Assembly (NCBI GenBank): GCA_037379345.1
Contig: CM074521.1
Coordinates: 19,554,704-19,618,703 of the forward strand
Direction of reading: 5' to 3'
Length of the DNA stretch: 64,000 nt
Source: Perna viridis
Taxonomy: Eukaryota
Positions 1 to 12,100 of the stretch are shown in pieces. The translations under genes and the position numbers were made by a program. The notes beneath the pieces were generated by a model. The model was not told the origin of the DNA and searched no databases. It saw only the letters and a list, made by a program, of their open reading frames with translations. The stretch's first letter is position 1, and the number at the start of each line of letters is the position of its first letter.

Positions 1-140
1 ATAGGCCATAAATTATGTACCATATTGTCAGATATGTGTGGGTTTTTTTTCGGTATGATTCATTGTTTTTCAATTTTGCCTGATTCTTATGGATTCCAGT
101 ACTTAAGATAATTTAAATTTCATTTTTCTATCTTTTATAG

Positions 141-177
141 AACAGTACAGATAGTGGAACACCACCAGGAAGTCCTC
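141..177 (+). CDS. PRKAG: PRKAG N-terminal-region exon ([12 protein letters not shown]), ends phase 1
   Basis: Acceptor tttttctatcttttatag and donor CTC|gtaagt. The Ser/Pro-rich peptide joins 18648 in frame. No domain homology supports it. Confidence 0.7.
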
Positions 178-3100
178 GTAAGTTTATATGTTAGGGTTTA
201 CTTTTATAACAGATATTCTCTTTCCTAATATTGAAAGTAGTAACTAACAGATACTGATCCATCCCTGGTATACTGACCATATGAGGTTTGCCCGTGGATC
301 TCTGTTGCACTCAAATTTTCAACTTGGTGTGTGGGCAAAATAATTTGAGGGTCTGATTTGTTGAAAAATTCTACTTTTAATGAAAAATAAAACATTTGGA
401 AAGTGGAATGAATTTACTAGTAATCTAAAGTAATGGAGGGTAATAGGGGCAGAGAGTTCTTTCAATATACACATTCTTCACCAATTAGTTTAATAATGAT
501 ATAGGAATGATACCTTCATAGAAAACTTGTGACTTTCATATTAGTAAAATCTGAATTATTACCGAAATAATGTATTTTCCTGATCAAGTGAGATTAGGAA
601 AAAAACAACTGTCAGCACGGTAAATAAGCTTGTGTAAACACTTCGTGAACTACTATTTGGAGGAAAACCCCTTGTTCTATAAATAGATCAAAGATGACAT
701 CAGTAAATAAAAGGAATTGTGGGTAAATAGCTGAGGCTGACCTTGCTAACTTGTTTTGCTGTGTTGCTTTGGAGGTTATATTTTATTAATCCTGGGGGCA
801 CTAAAATCAGTAAGGATGAGGAGACGGAGAAGTTCAGGAAAGAGTATGGATGGGGAATCCAGTAGCTCTGCAGGTTTGCACAAAACATGATTGAAATTCT
901 GAATATTTATTTCATCAAGATTTAAAATTTTCTCTTATCTTTAATCTTTAGGGAAGTAAATCTGTATAAAGTCACAAAAGAATATTTTTACCTATTATGC
1001 CATTTAATTATGTGCTTTTTCACACATATTCCACATAATGTGTCAATTTCATTATTGGAAATCAATATTTACAGGGCTGGTAAAATTAAACTCATCATTT
1101 TGCATCCATATACACATGGTTCATTGGAGGTTAATTGATATTACAGCAATTAAAGTTGTAATTTTCATGATAAGTCCATCTTTTTGGTTATGCTTTTACA
1201 TATCACAGTTTGGCTACTGATCAAGTTGACTTTTCCATATATACTATTTATTGCTCTGAATCAATAAAAGCTTTTAAAAGGAGTGACAATCCATAAAAAT
1301 TGCTGGAGGATATCGTTGGCTGTCGGAAATAGGATGATGTCCATTTTGTAAATGAGACAAGAAAATCCAAATTGGCTCAGTCTGCAATTTTGTTATTATA
1401 ATTAAGTTTTTCTCATGCTGGATAGAAACTAAGTAAAGAATTGGTTACATAATTGTACATGTATTAAATTGGCCTACATTTTCAATAGAAATTTTTCAGG
1501 TTCCAAGCTCCACTTAAAATGGAATAAATAGTGCAAATCTAGTATATTTATGCCAAGCTGTTTAAGGCAGGAAATTGATCATGTCCCTTTAAAGAATGAT
1601 TCAAGTATTTAAAAAGTAATATTGGACTCCTTTTTTCCATTTTAAGGTGATAAATTCCTAGGATTAAGCATTTTATGGACGTGTTATACATAAATATATC
1701 ATAAATTTTGTATTGGTTGGTTCATGTACAATGTTGTTTGTTAAGGGAAGAATTAGTCATGCAATTGATTCCAAAAGCATATTCAAACTTAATCTGCCAT
1801 CAAAGGGATTTAGGAACCTATTTTATACCACTGCGGATATAGGTACAAAATATCGGCTGTTTTGGAAGTTAAGACAGAAAATATGACAGTGAGCCTGATA
1901 GTGCGAGATTGGTAATCTGTTGAGATGTTCAAATCTGACATCATCTCTTTATCGGCAACATCAAGTCCATTTGATGTAATTGCCAATATTTTTTTAGTAT
2001 CATGTTAGTACTCTGAAAATATCAGGCTGTAAGAACAATTGAAAAAAATGATAATGTAGCTGATAAAAATGTATGCAGTACACTGGGAAATTTTTGTGAG
2101 TTTCTTAATTCCCTATATTTGTGAGGTTCAAGGAATTGTGAAATGAAAAAAGATTGCTGGGTTTAATGTCAGATTTTGGACAGTTTCTCCTGTAAACTGT
2201 ATCTTTAGATGAGACAAAAAGACTGCAGGAATTTAATACCCGTATTATAGAGCAAATCATGAAAAATGGCACCTGTGATAATTATCTGCTATATAGTAGG
2301 CTAAAAATTCACTTCTTCATTGTCTGATCAAAGTAGGAAAACACCCAATTTGCATGAAGGTATTTGAATTTTTAACCAGAGATTTGGCAGTAATTAATAG
2401 TCCTGATCCAATGTGAAAATTTAAAAAATTACTGGACCATTTAAAATTTTAGTTGACTTTAATTTACCTCGTTTTGACGGACCTCTGTTATCATTTGAAT
2501 ACTTTTTTATGTCCAGCCATCAATGAAAGGGACAATTTGTGTGTTCGTCTGTTCATTCCTCTTGAAACTTGTTACATATGAAACTCAGGAAACATTTTAA
2601 TTAGGACAGACCCAATATAGGTCACCGTTTCTAGTATGTGAGTTTAGTGAAGCAACAATAATGCTTTCTATTCAAATATGTCATTTTGAATATTTGACCA
2701 CCTGTTCTGTATGGAGTACAATCACATGTGCCATTATATAACCTGATGAATTTTGTGATACCATTCATTAGCTTCAGTCACAATTCATAAACAAATGACA
2801 GTTTGCAGATTGTAGAAATCAATAAAATTGTGTCTATTGTACTTCCTGCATTCTTGGGAAAAGACATTTCTAATATTTATCAATGAGGGACCATTCACAA
2901 TGTAATCCAGAATTTCACCTGTAGTGTTTTTCCTAGTCATTGATACTTGGTCATTGATGGTAGATTGCAGTGTTGTTTTAAGCATAAAAATTCACGAAGA
3001 CCAAGATAAGAGGGATGTGTAGGTTCTGTCAATCTATTGGTTCATCTGTCTTCTTTTTGTGTAGTCCCAACTTATTGTATAGAAATAGAACATAATAATC

Positions 3101-6100
3101 TTTGAATGATGAACATAGTTTTTTTTCGTCAGTAGAATCCAGGTTTGTTCAATATTGATCCTAGTGGTTGACACATGCTTAGGTTGATCAGAAATTCAAG
3201 TTTAATTGTTAAGAGTAATTACATAGAGGTGGTGATAGTTCTAGGCACATTGACAGAAATCTAATTTAATCAAATCTGGTTTGATGAGAATGATGACTCC
3301 TTTTTTTGTCAATGAGAATTTGCAGGGACGGAGCCGGAGATTTCCAAGCTATTTATTTGCTCTTTTTTTCCCATTGTTTGGACACAATATACAAAATTTT
3401 CCTTTTTCCTTAAAAGAGGGGTTCGAACCAACCCCTTTCCTAAATCTGTCACTGAAATTTGGGTATTGAGCTGATTTAGATGTTGTAACAGGTATTCTCA
3501 TCTGTGTTTTTTTTCTATCAATACTCATTTGGGCTTTGTAGTGTATTTGAAGCAAACCCAAATTCCAAAATTTTAGTGGAGTCCGAGTTGCTCATTTGCT
3601 TTTGTTACTTTGTATGTATGATTTTAGTTACTTTATGTTCTTTGTTGTGTATGTCTGTTTTCCATGTCTGGTCTTTGTCCCTGGATTACATTCTTTTGAT
3701 TACCGCCATAACCTTGGTTCCCTTGATTACTCTTCCAATGATGAAATCTTGGCATGTCCGTATAATAAAAAAATATTTTTTCTGGCTGAAAATATTGTTA
3801 ACAGTTGCTGAATAAATCAGTGTCAATGGAAAACATAGGTAGTATTAAACAGGTGCATGTATGACATTAATTATATTCATATGATTTATGTATTTCAGGC
3901 AACCCACATCTAAGAATTAATATCGGAGGTATAATAGTCAAAAATCTGTCTTTGCAAGAAAATGATAAGACTCTAACTTGTGTTATATTGAAAGTTGCAT
4001 AGCAGTCAAAGAACTTTTTTCTTACCATTTTGAATAAGTAGAATATACTTTGAACTTAGGCAAATCTGAAATTCTGCCTGCATTTCAATTTTATTAATGT
4101 TAGACAACTCTCTTTAGAAATTTCTTTCTTACCTCCCTTGATTCCTTCAACAAGTAAGAAGTCTTTGTGCATACTTGTTGGAAAGACAGATATATAGACA
4201 AGGAATGAACACATTAAATATCTTGCTGCACTTCTTTAATGTGTTGGCAAGTGTATGTCCAAAAATGCTTACCTTACAGTTAAACCTCATTAGGCTTTTA
4301 TACTATATTGATAACAGAGAATTACAGTGCGTGCAATGATGTGTACATAGGTTAAAGTCTGTCTGACCTTGATTCCATTACCATTACCCTATGAACTTCC
4401 TTAGGTAGTTAAATGGACAATTGAGCTGAAGACTTATTAAACTTGCTGTCATTCTTTGGGGGTATTTAGAAAGTGATTGTCAATTAATCAAGTGGTAACC
4501 CAATTGATCCCTTGAACATCATCATTGCATGTGCTATAAGATTGTTGATACCCCCAGGCCCAATTTTGCAGGATATTCATGTATAGTAATTAAACCTACT
4601 ATAATTGCTCTATGGTAACTGTGTAGGGTTGGTCAGTCTATATAAAGAGTTATGTGATATAACACAAAATATAAGTATAAAACACTTAGTTCTTTAGGAG
4701 ATATCATGGTCTTAGAAGAAAGAAGGGGTATACCAGTTACTGAAATTAAAATATGGACTTGTGTGGTCTTAATTTTTTAAAGCGTATGTGCTCCTGGTAT
4801 TTGTCGAATTCAAGAAATGATCTTGTCTTTTTATCCATACAATTCCAAGCCAAAGCAATAATTGATATTCTGCTAAATTGCCTCTTGATAGAAAATAAAT
4901 CAGTTTTTCAACATAAAATTGACATTTTTCCAGTTCTTCAATACTTGAAGGTTTTGTTTTTGAACAATAACCAGTTTTATTTACACTTATTTATAATTAC
5001 TGTTTTTATGAATGGAGCTTTCAACAATATCACTGATAACATCTAGTAGAAATCTATCATGAGGTTTAATTGTAGCCATTTACCTATTAGTTTCTATGGA
5101 TACAGGGCATTAAACCTAGTTCAATTGGTTCTTGGTTTTGTCATATGAAGTTATCTAATTTCAAGAACTAGAAATTTCAACATTAAGTTTAGGTGTAGGT
5201 CACATTTTCTTGTTCCTTATTCGGCTTTGGAATCAGGTTTTCTTATTTTATTTGATATATTGTCAATATGAAAAAAATTTCTACACATTTTGACATTGGT
5301 CAGAATTGATACTTTTATTGCTTCTGGTGGTAGGAAATGTTTGCATCGAGGTCTGTTTTTACAACTTTTAACTCCACTATTGTATTAAAGGAACAACATT
5401 AGAAATACTTTTTATCCATTTTCAAAAGACCTTTTTGCATTGCTATATAAACCATGTAGTTCACTTATAGTTTAGATTGTAGCTAGCTAGGCTGCCTTTA
5501 ATTTGCATGAACAGAAGCCTCATCAATTTTGTTTGTCAAATTACTAAATAAGGTAGATAACCGATGTTTATTTTTGATGTGAAAAGTTATTGGATTTATT
5601 TTGACTTACCTCCCTTTGTACACTTATACAATGATATGCAAGTTTTTTTTTTGTTTTTTGGGTTTTTTTTTGTGAATTGTAATTAATATGACAGCTACAG
5701 TTTTAAGCTTATTTTGAAATGAAACTAGTGAGTTAATTTTTTTTCAAATGTTTTAGTTATCATAATAATGCTTGAATAACCCTCATATTCTTCTTATGAA
5801 ATTGTCTTCATTGATAATTTGATTTCTTCAGTAGATTCAACAAAACCAAACTTTCAAACTGTATCTGTCAGTCACTATTAATCTGAATAGTCTTAATTTA
5901 AACAGCTGAGTGAATTTTTAGCCCTTTAGGTTTCCTAGTCATTGTTCTAACAGATCCTAATGAATGTTTTTTTTTTAATTTCTATCAAAGCACAATACTG
6001 TTATTGTTACTAACCTGTGTATTACAACAGGCTGTCTTATCAGGCCCAAAGTCTGTCATGGCAGACAATGTTGACATAGGAGTCCTTCAAAATATCCAGG

Positions 6101-9100
6101 GCTCTGAAGCATAAGACTTGTGCCTTTCCACCTTTTAAGCAATTTGTTCAATGGATTTAATAAAACAGATATTAGAGAGTAAAAATATGAACCACAAAAT
6201 ACAGAAGCTAATTCTGGAAATAAAGGCATCTCTGACTTTTGGCAACATTTGTTTCTTCTTCCCCTGCTTTTCTGATTGGTTGAAAATCTTTCTTTGAAAC
6301 GAACATAGTCAGTAACCCTGTTTATTTTCACAGGTTAATGAATTTAATGTTATTTAGTAACTTTTAGTCAAATGTTATCAAGCAGCACATTAAGAAATGT
6401 GCATGAATAACAGGCACATGCATAAAAACCTCATCAGGATATTACAATGGTTATTTTCCATTGTGAGCAATGTCTAACAAACCATGAATGTATGAAATGA
6501 GAAACATTTCTGCATGTGTCATACGTGCTAAGTGAATATACATGTAATACCTATTTGTTTGTAATACACCTGTATGTTATTGATCTCTGAAGGACTTGCG
6601 GTCAGCTGTATGGCATCATCTCAGGCAGGTAGGGATGATAAAAGGTTGAGTTGTTGTGGCTATCTGAGATTTGACTTCATACCATCCAAAATAAAGGGGT
6701 AATCACACAAAATCACTACCTTGTATTTTTTATTTTTTGTTTTTTTGTTTTTTTGTTAAGTAGCCATCTTTGTAAGAATCATGCAAAATCTGAGAAATGT
6801 GGTACACCCCCAAAGAGGCTACATATTTTCATTTTTGTAATTAAGTTGTTTTATGGGTCTATACTTTGAAATGTGTAATTATTCATTCGAATCTGCCTGC
6901 TCTTAGGAGATAATCAATATTGAAAATTTGATAGATTCTATTGTATTTGAGTGTCATTTACAGAATTATCTCCTTTAATTTTGAAATCTACAGTGCATTC
7001 TATATAATATTTATTTCCGAAGAACACGGGTTGTATGAAAAATTTATGCTAATTTTTGTTTACTATGGCAATTCAAACAAAATGTCAAAAATAAAAATAT
7101 GTAGGGTTTTTACCCATGAATCATATTTTGCATGATTCTTAGCTGGAGTGCTACTTAAAAAGACACTAAGTAATGGAGTTCTATATAAAAAAATTTGCTT
7201 TTATGTAAAAAATTCTCCCAAATGAGACTGTCAATGGGGTGGAATCTATAGAAAATTTCAATATTCATTTACTACACTTCTATTTATTCTTGGGGTGTGT
7301 TCAGAGATTTTCAAAATGCCCCCTCCAGTTAAATTTGAAAGAAAGTAAACCAAAATGGGGACCAACAAAGCTGTGGAAAACTGTGATTTCAGGGAATATA
7401 GCATGATTTTGAGATAGTTTTGCTCAGGTAAACAGCCTGTATTCATGGTAAATATAAGGTAACTACATGTAAATCATTGAGGTTGTGTGGGATTTTATTA
7501 TCTTGCAAATATTTTTTGTCTTATTATTTGCTAGTGGAGTTGTGGTCAGAAGATATCTTCACACAGCTATTTTTTGCCAGAACCCCTATTTGAGACTCTT
7601 TCCTTAATGCAAATGCATTTCTGAATGTAACCACTGAATTTTTTTCTACCCATTCGTAGTATATCGATATCCATTCATTAACTTGAAAAGCTCTAAACAT
7701 TAATTTATATACAAGTTAAGGGTAATCAGTGATTTTCAATGTCCATCTGTCTGTGATCCAACTATTAAAGGCTACTGAATTATTATTGATAACCAAACTA
7801 GCAAATCATTTCTGACTTAATAAAAACCAATGCTTAAATCATAAATAAAGATCAAGTTTGATTTTTGTGTGTATAACACGTACAGTTCAGGCGTTACATT
7901 TTTTTCACTTAGGAAATTAAAAATGCTGGGGTATTTGTGATCAACATATCAATTCTCTTCATTTCACATGTAACATATCTTGTTTCTTTGCCTTTTCCCC
8001 AAAAACTGCTCAATTTTTTTTTTAAAAAAAGGGGGTCTGGGGACCCCAAAAAGAATCTGCCTTTACCTATGTAAATGACAAAATATATTTTGCCAAGTAT
8101 TGTAAGCAGAATATCTTATGAATATAAACTTTAGTTATGCTACATTTATATGGGTTTTTGTTCTTTAGATATTTCCTCTCTCTCCTTATTCAGAAATTGA
8201 ATGTAAGTCCATTATTTATCATTGTTGCTATCTGATTTTTATCTCCCAGTTTAACACCTTTACTTTGTTCCTATCCAACGACAATCAGTAAAATTGTTGT
8301 TTTTATTTACCGGGACATAATTCTCTGGTTACCCCAGTCATGGAGAGGACGGAGAAAAAGTCATTGGGTCACCTTCATTTGTCAGCTATACTCTTACATA
8401 ATGAGAGATTCTTTACTATAATTTATGGTGAAAAAAACATTTGACAAGTTACAAGCCAGAAAAAATTAGTTGTTTTGCTGATAAACAATATAGGGCGTTT
8501 GGCACGATCTACAGTGAAATCTGTCTGTGCTTAATGAACAAATTTGCAGCTGTTTAATATATGACTTGATAATGCTAAACTATTTTCGAGGTTGAAGAGA
8601 GACCCTTCACATTACTACATGTACCAACATACCATTTATTCTCCCCTCTTATCAGAAAAAAGAGAAATATAATGCCATGAATGAACAAACTTTTTTTTAT
8701 TTTTTCCATTGATTTCTGTGAGAAATTGCAGTTTTCAAAGGAAAATATCCAGAACTAAATTGTTTACTTGGATTCCAACATCAGTGCCCTCTAAAATTTG
8801 CAAAGCATGGGTTGTCAGGGGTAAATTTAGGTGGTTTTAGGTTGAAACTTTAATTTCTCGCTAATTTTACCACAAAAGATATCTACATTGCACCCACTCC
8901 AGAAGAATATTCCAAAAATTTAACCTCGAAATTTTAACTGTACGCCCCCTTAATCTGAAATACTGGATCCGCCCCTGATGTAAATAAATTTTAATCTAAA
9001 CCAAACAAATAAAATTGAGATATTGATCTTTCTTTTGATAAAACTTCACAATAATTTTCAAACACAAACCCCTCCCCACCCCCCCACCCCCCCCCCCCAA

Positions 9101-12100
9101 GGAAAAAAGTAGGAAAAAAACAATAAAAGAATTAAAGAAAGTAATTGGGAAAATTATGAAATTGCTCTGTTTATGCTGTACATTTTATGTGTGATGGAAT
9201 TGTAGACATAAACATTTTCTATTCTAAAATTTTGATTTGATAAATGAGGCGGACAGATGTTGGTTTTGAGACTAACAAAAAAAAAATTATATCAGAACTT
9301 TCTTGTTCTCAGTATGGTAAAAAGTAAAAAAGGTTCATATTTCCAGTTATTATTCCAGGAACAATAGTCCTAGAGCTGTTAAAATATATTGGTATGAGTG
9401 CTGTATTACTGCATGTAGACCCTCATTCAACAAAATACTTTGTGCTATATTTAGAAACATCAAAATCAATCCTTTGAATAGCCACATATAATTACAACAA
9501 TTTGCTGATAATGAGGCTTGCAGTAAACTTATTCAATGTTGACAATCAAGGAAAAGTGACATTTGGCTTCTTAAATGATCACATGATCAGCTTACAAATC
9601 TGCTGACCGAGAAATTGCCTGCTTAGTTCAAGGCCATTTAAAAACGTATTGATAACAAACTGGAGCATGTGCTCAGATGAAAACAACAACATTGTCAATT
9701 CTTGCAGTGCACATTTGCTGTTTTAAGGTTTTAATTAATTGCCTATTTGCCTTTTGAGGACAATCAGCTTGTGGAGGAATTGTGTCAGTCTATATTTTAT
9801 TGAATATTGACATATTTTTACATCTCTGGGAAATAGATTAGGTGGCTGGTTGAATCTGGACTTGTTTACAGTTTTCTATTAGTGTGCAGTGGAGTTCAAG
9901 TTTTCAAAATTTCACTAAAAATGAGCAAAAAGAGGAAGCTGAGCTTGAGGTTAAGGATAAGTAAGTACAATTAATTCTCAATTTCTGCAATTTTGTATGC
10001 GTGACATTTGACCTTTTTCCAATGTTTTTTATTTGTTCCAAAGTAGGTCATGTATGACAGTTATAGAAATTGAACTTCTTTGCAAAATTATCCATTTAAA
10101 TCAAAAATAGACTTAAAAATACTTATAAGCAAACGTGAGGAAGGAAATGTATATAATTGAGATTGGCTAGAGATCTTTGCATTAGAGATTATATCCCTGT
10201 ATTTTTGCACCATTTTGTTGAAGAATATTTTTTGATTGTATCTTTCTTTCCACTTAACTTTATGTAGTTAGTTTAAGGATAAGGTTTTAACTGTCCACTT
10301 ATCTGTACAAAAAAATTCAAAAAATCTGTACTCACAACTCATAAAATTTTCTAGCAATGTTATATGTGACCCTCACTAATTGAAATCTGGATTTTACCGT
10401 TACGATTCTTTTTTTTTACTGTTTATTTATTTCCGATTTTACCGATTTTCTCAATGTTTGACGACCTTGTAAAATCATCAATGTTTTATAATCTTTGCAG
10501 TCTGATTTTAATTACTGTAGATTTTGTGTAAATGGTACATGTGTCTATAATTATAGAGTTATTTCCCGTGATTTTTTATCAGTTTGTTTAGCTGTACCTA
10601 TTCTGGTCTTCAGATTTAACATTGTTACATCCCATCTTAAATACAGTTTTCAGCATGATATAGGTTTTTTTATAAAACTTTGTATGCAGTCTTTGTCTAA
10701 TTGCTAAAAGTTCTGAAACCATTTTCAATTTTATCAGAATCTTATGTTGTGTCATAAATTTTATCACAATCTAGAGATGTATGGCATTTGAATGTTGTTA
10801 CTAAACTTGTCGTAGATGTCCCTCAATGGTCTTATCATTCTAGGCCCTGTGAAGCATTTTGATTATACATGTGACCAACTTGCAGCTATTAGTTACTGTA
10901 AGTAACTAACAACATAACATCTTATATTTCCCAGTCAGAGGCCACAAGGAGCAAGCAGAGTACAATATCGAGACAAAGAACATGAATAGAAATATATAGC
11001 ACAAAGTGTAAAGTCTGACAAAGATGATGAATAGTAACAGTTACTGGCCTAGACAGTAACTGTCTGTGTCATAATTGTAGATTGACACAATGAAGTTGTA
11101 CATTTCAGGTGCGACCAGATATTGGCCAGTGTATACCTTTATGGGGTATATTTTGACTTGGAATCCCTCTTTAAAAATTTATCATAGTTTTGAGCCCTGG
11201 TGTATACATGGTATCTCTTGGATTACCTCTTTGGAAGTCTGTCATAGTATTGGGCCCTGGCGTATACATTGACATTTTATCTCATGAATTCTTTCTATAG
11301 AAATCTATCATAGTATTAGGCCCTGGCATGTACATTGTATCTCATGGATGCCCTCTATAGATATCTATCATAGTATTGGGCCCTGGGATATACATTGTAT
11401 CTCATGGATTCCCTCTATAGAAATCTGTCATAGTATTGGGCCCTGGCATGTACATTGTATCTCATGGATTCCCTCTAGAGAAATCTGTCATAGTATTGGG
11501 TCCTGGCATATACATTGTATCTCATGGATTCCCTCTAGAGAAATCTGTCATAGTATTGGACCCTGATCTCAAGTTAAGTTATGAAGTAAACATGTTATCC
11601 AAAAAAACATATGGTGATATTATCCACTGTTCTACAGTTATGTCATGTCCAAAACCACATGTTAATTGAGCAAAACATCATTATTTTTCAACCAATTATG
11701 ACGAAGGAACTTTTTTTAGTTGTCAAGTGATTTGAATTTTTATGTTTTCGTGTGTTTCATGATTTATGAGGGTAATTTAACTCGGGCTAACAAGACACCT
11801 TGTTTAGGTTGTTGGCCTCATTATAATACAAGAAGTAAACAAAGTATGATCTCAAAAAACATTGCGTTTGAACAGAATTACATCAGAGAAGAATTACGGT
11901 GACAAGAAAGACCAGGGGTTTTAGGACATTTTTATTTGAAAACCCTTAAAGGAACCTTGAGATTTGAAGATTTCAAATGTACATGGGGTCTAGACAAAAC
12001 ACAGGGTACACCACGTGACCAGAGGAACAAATACAAATTATAAATTGTACTTACAAAAGAACTATTAAAGAGTGAACCATATACAGAATGAATCCCTGTA

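Noticed and set aside
10886-10897. 12-nt in-frame microexon (cag|ctattagttact|gtaagt)
   Set aside because: Poor polypyrimidine tract. It also shows that short in-frame AG..GT pairs arise by chance, which tempers the other candidates.
11090-11669. His/Trp/Cys-rich ORFs
   Set aside because: Translations of the 60-bp minisatellite.
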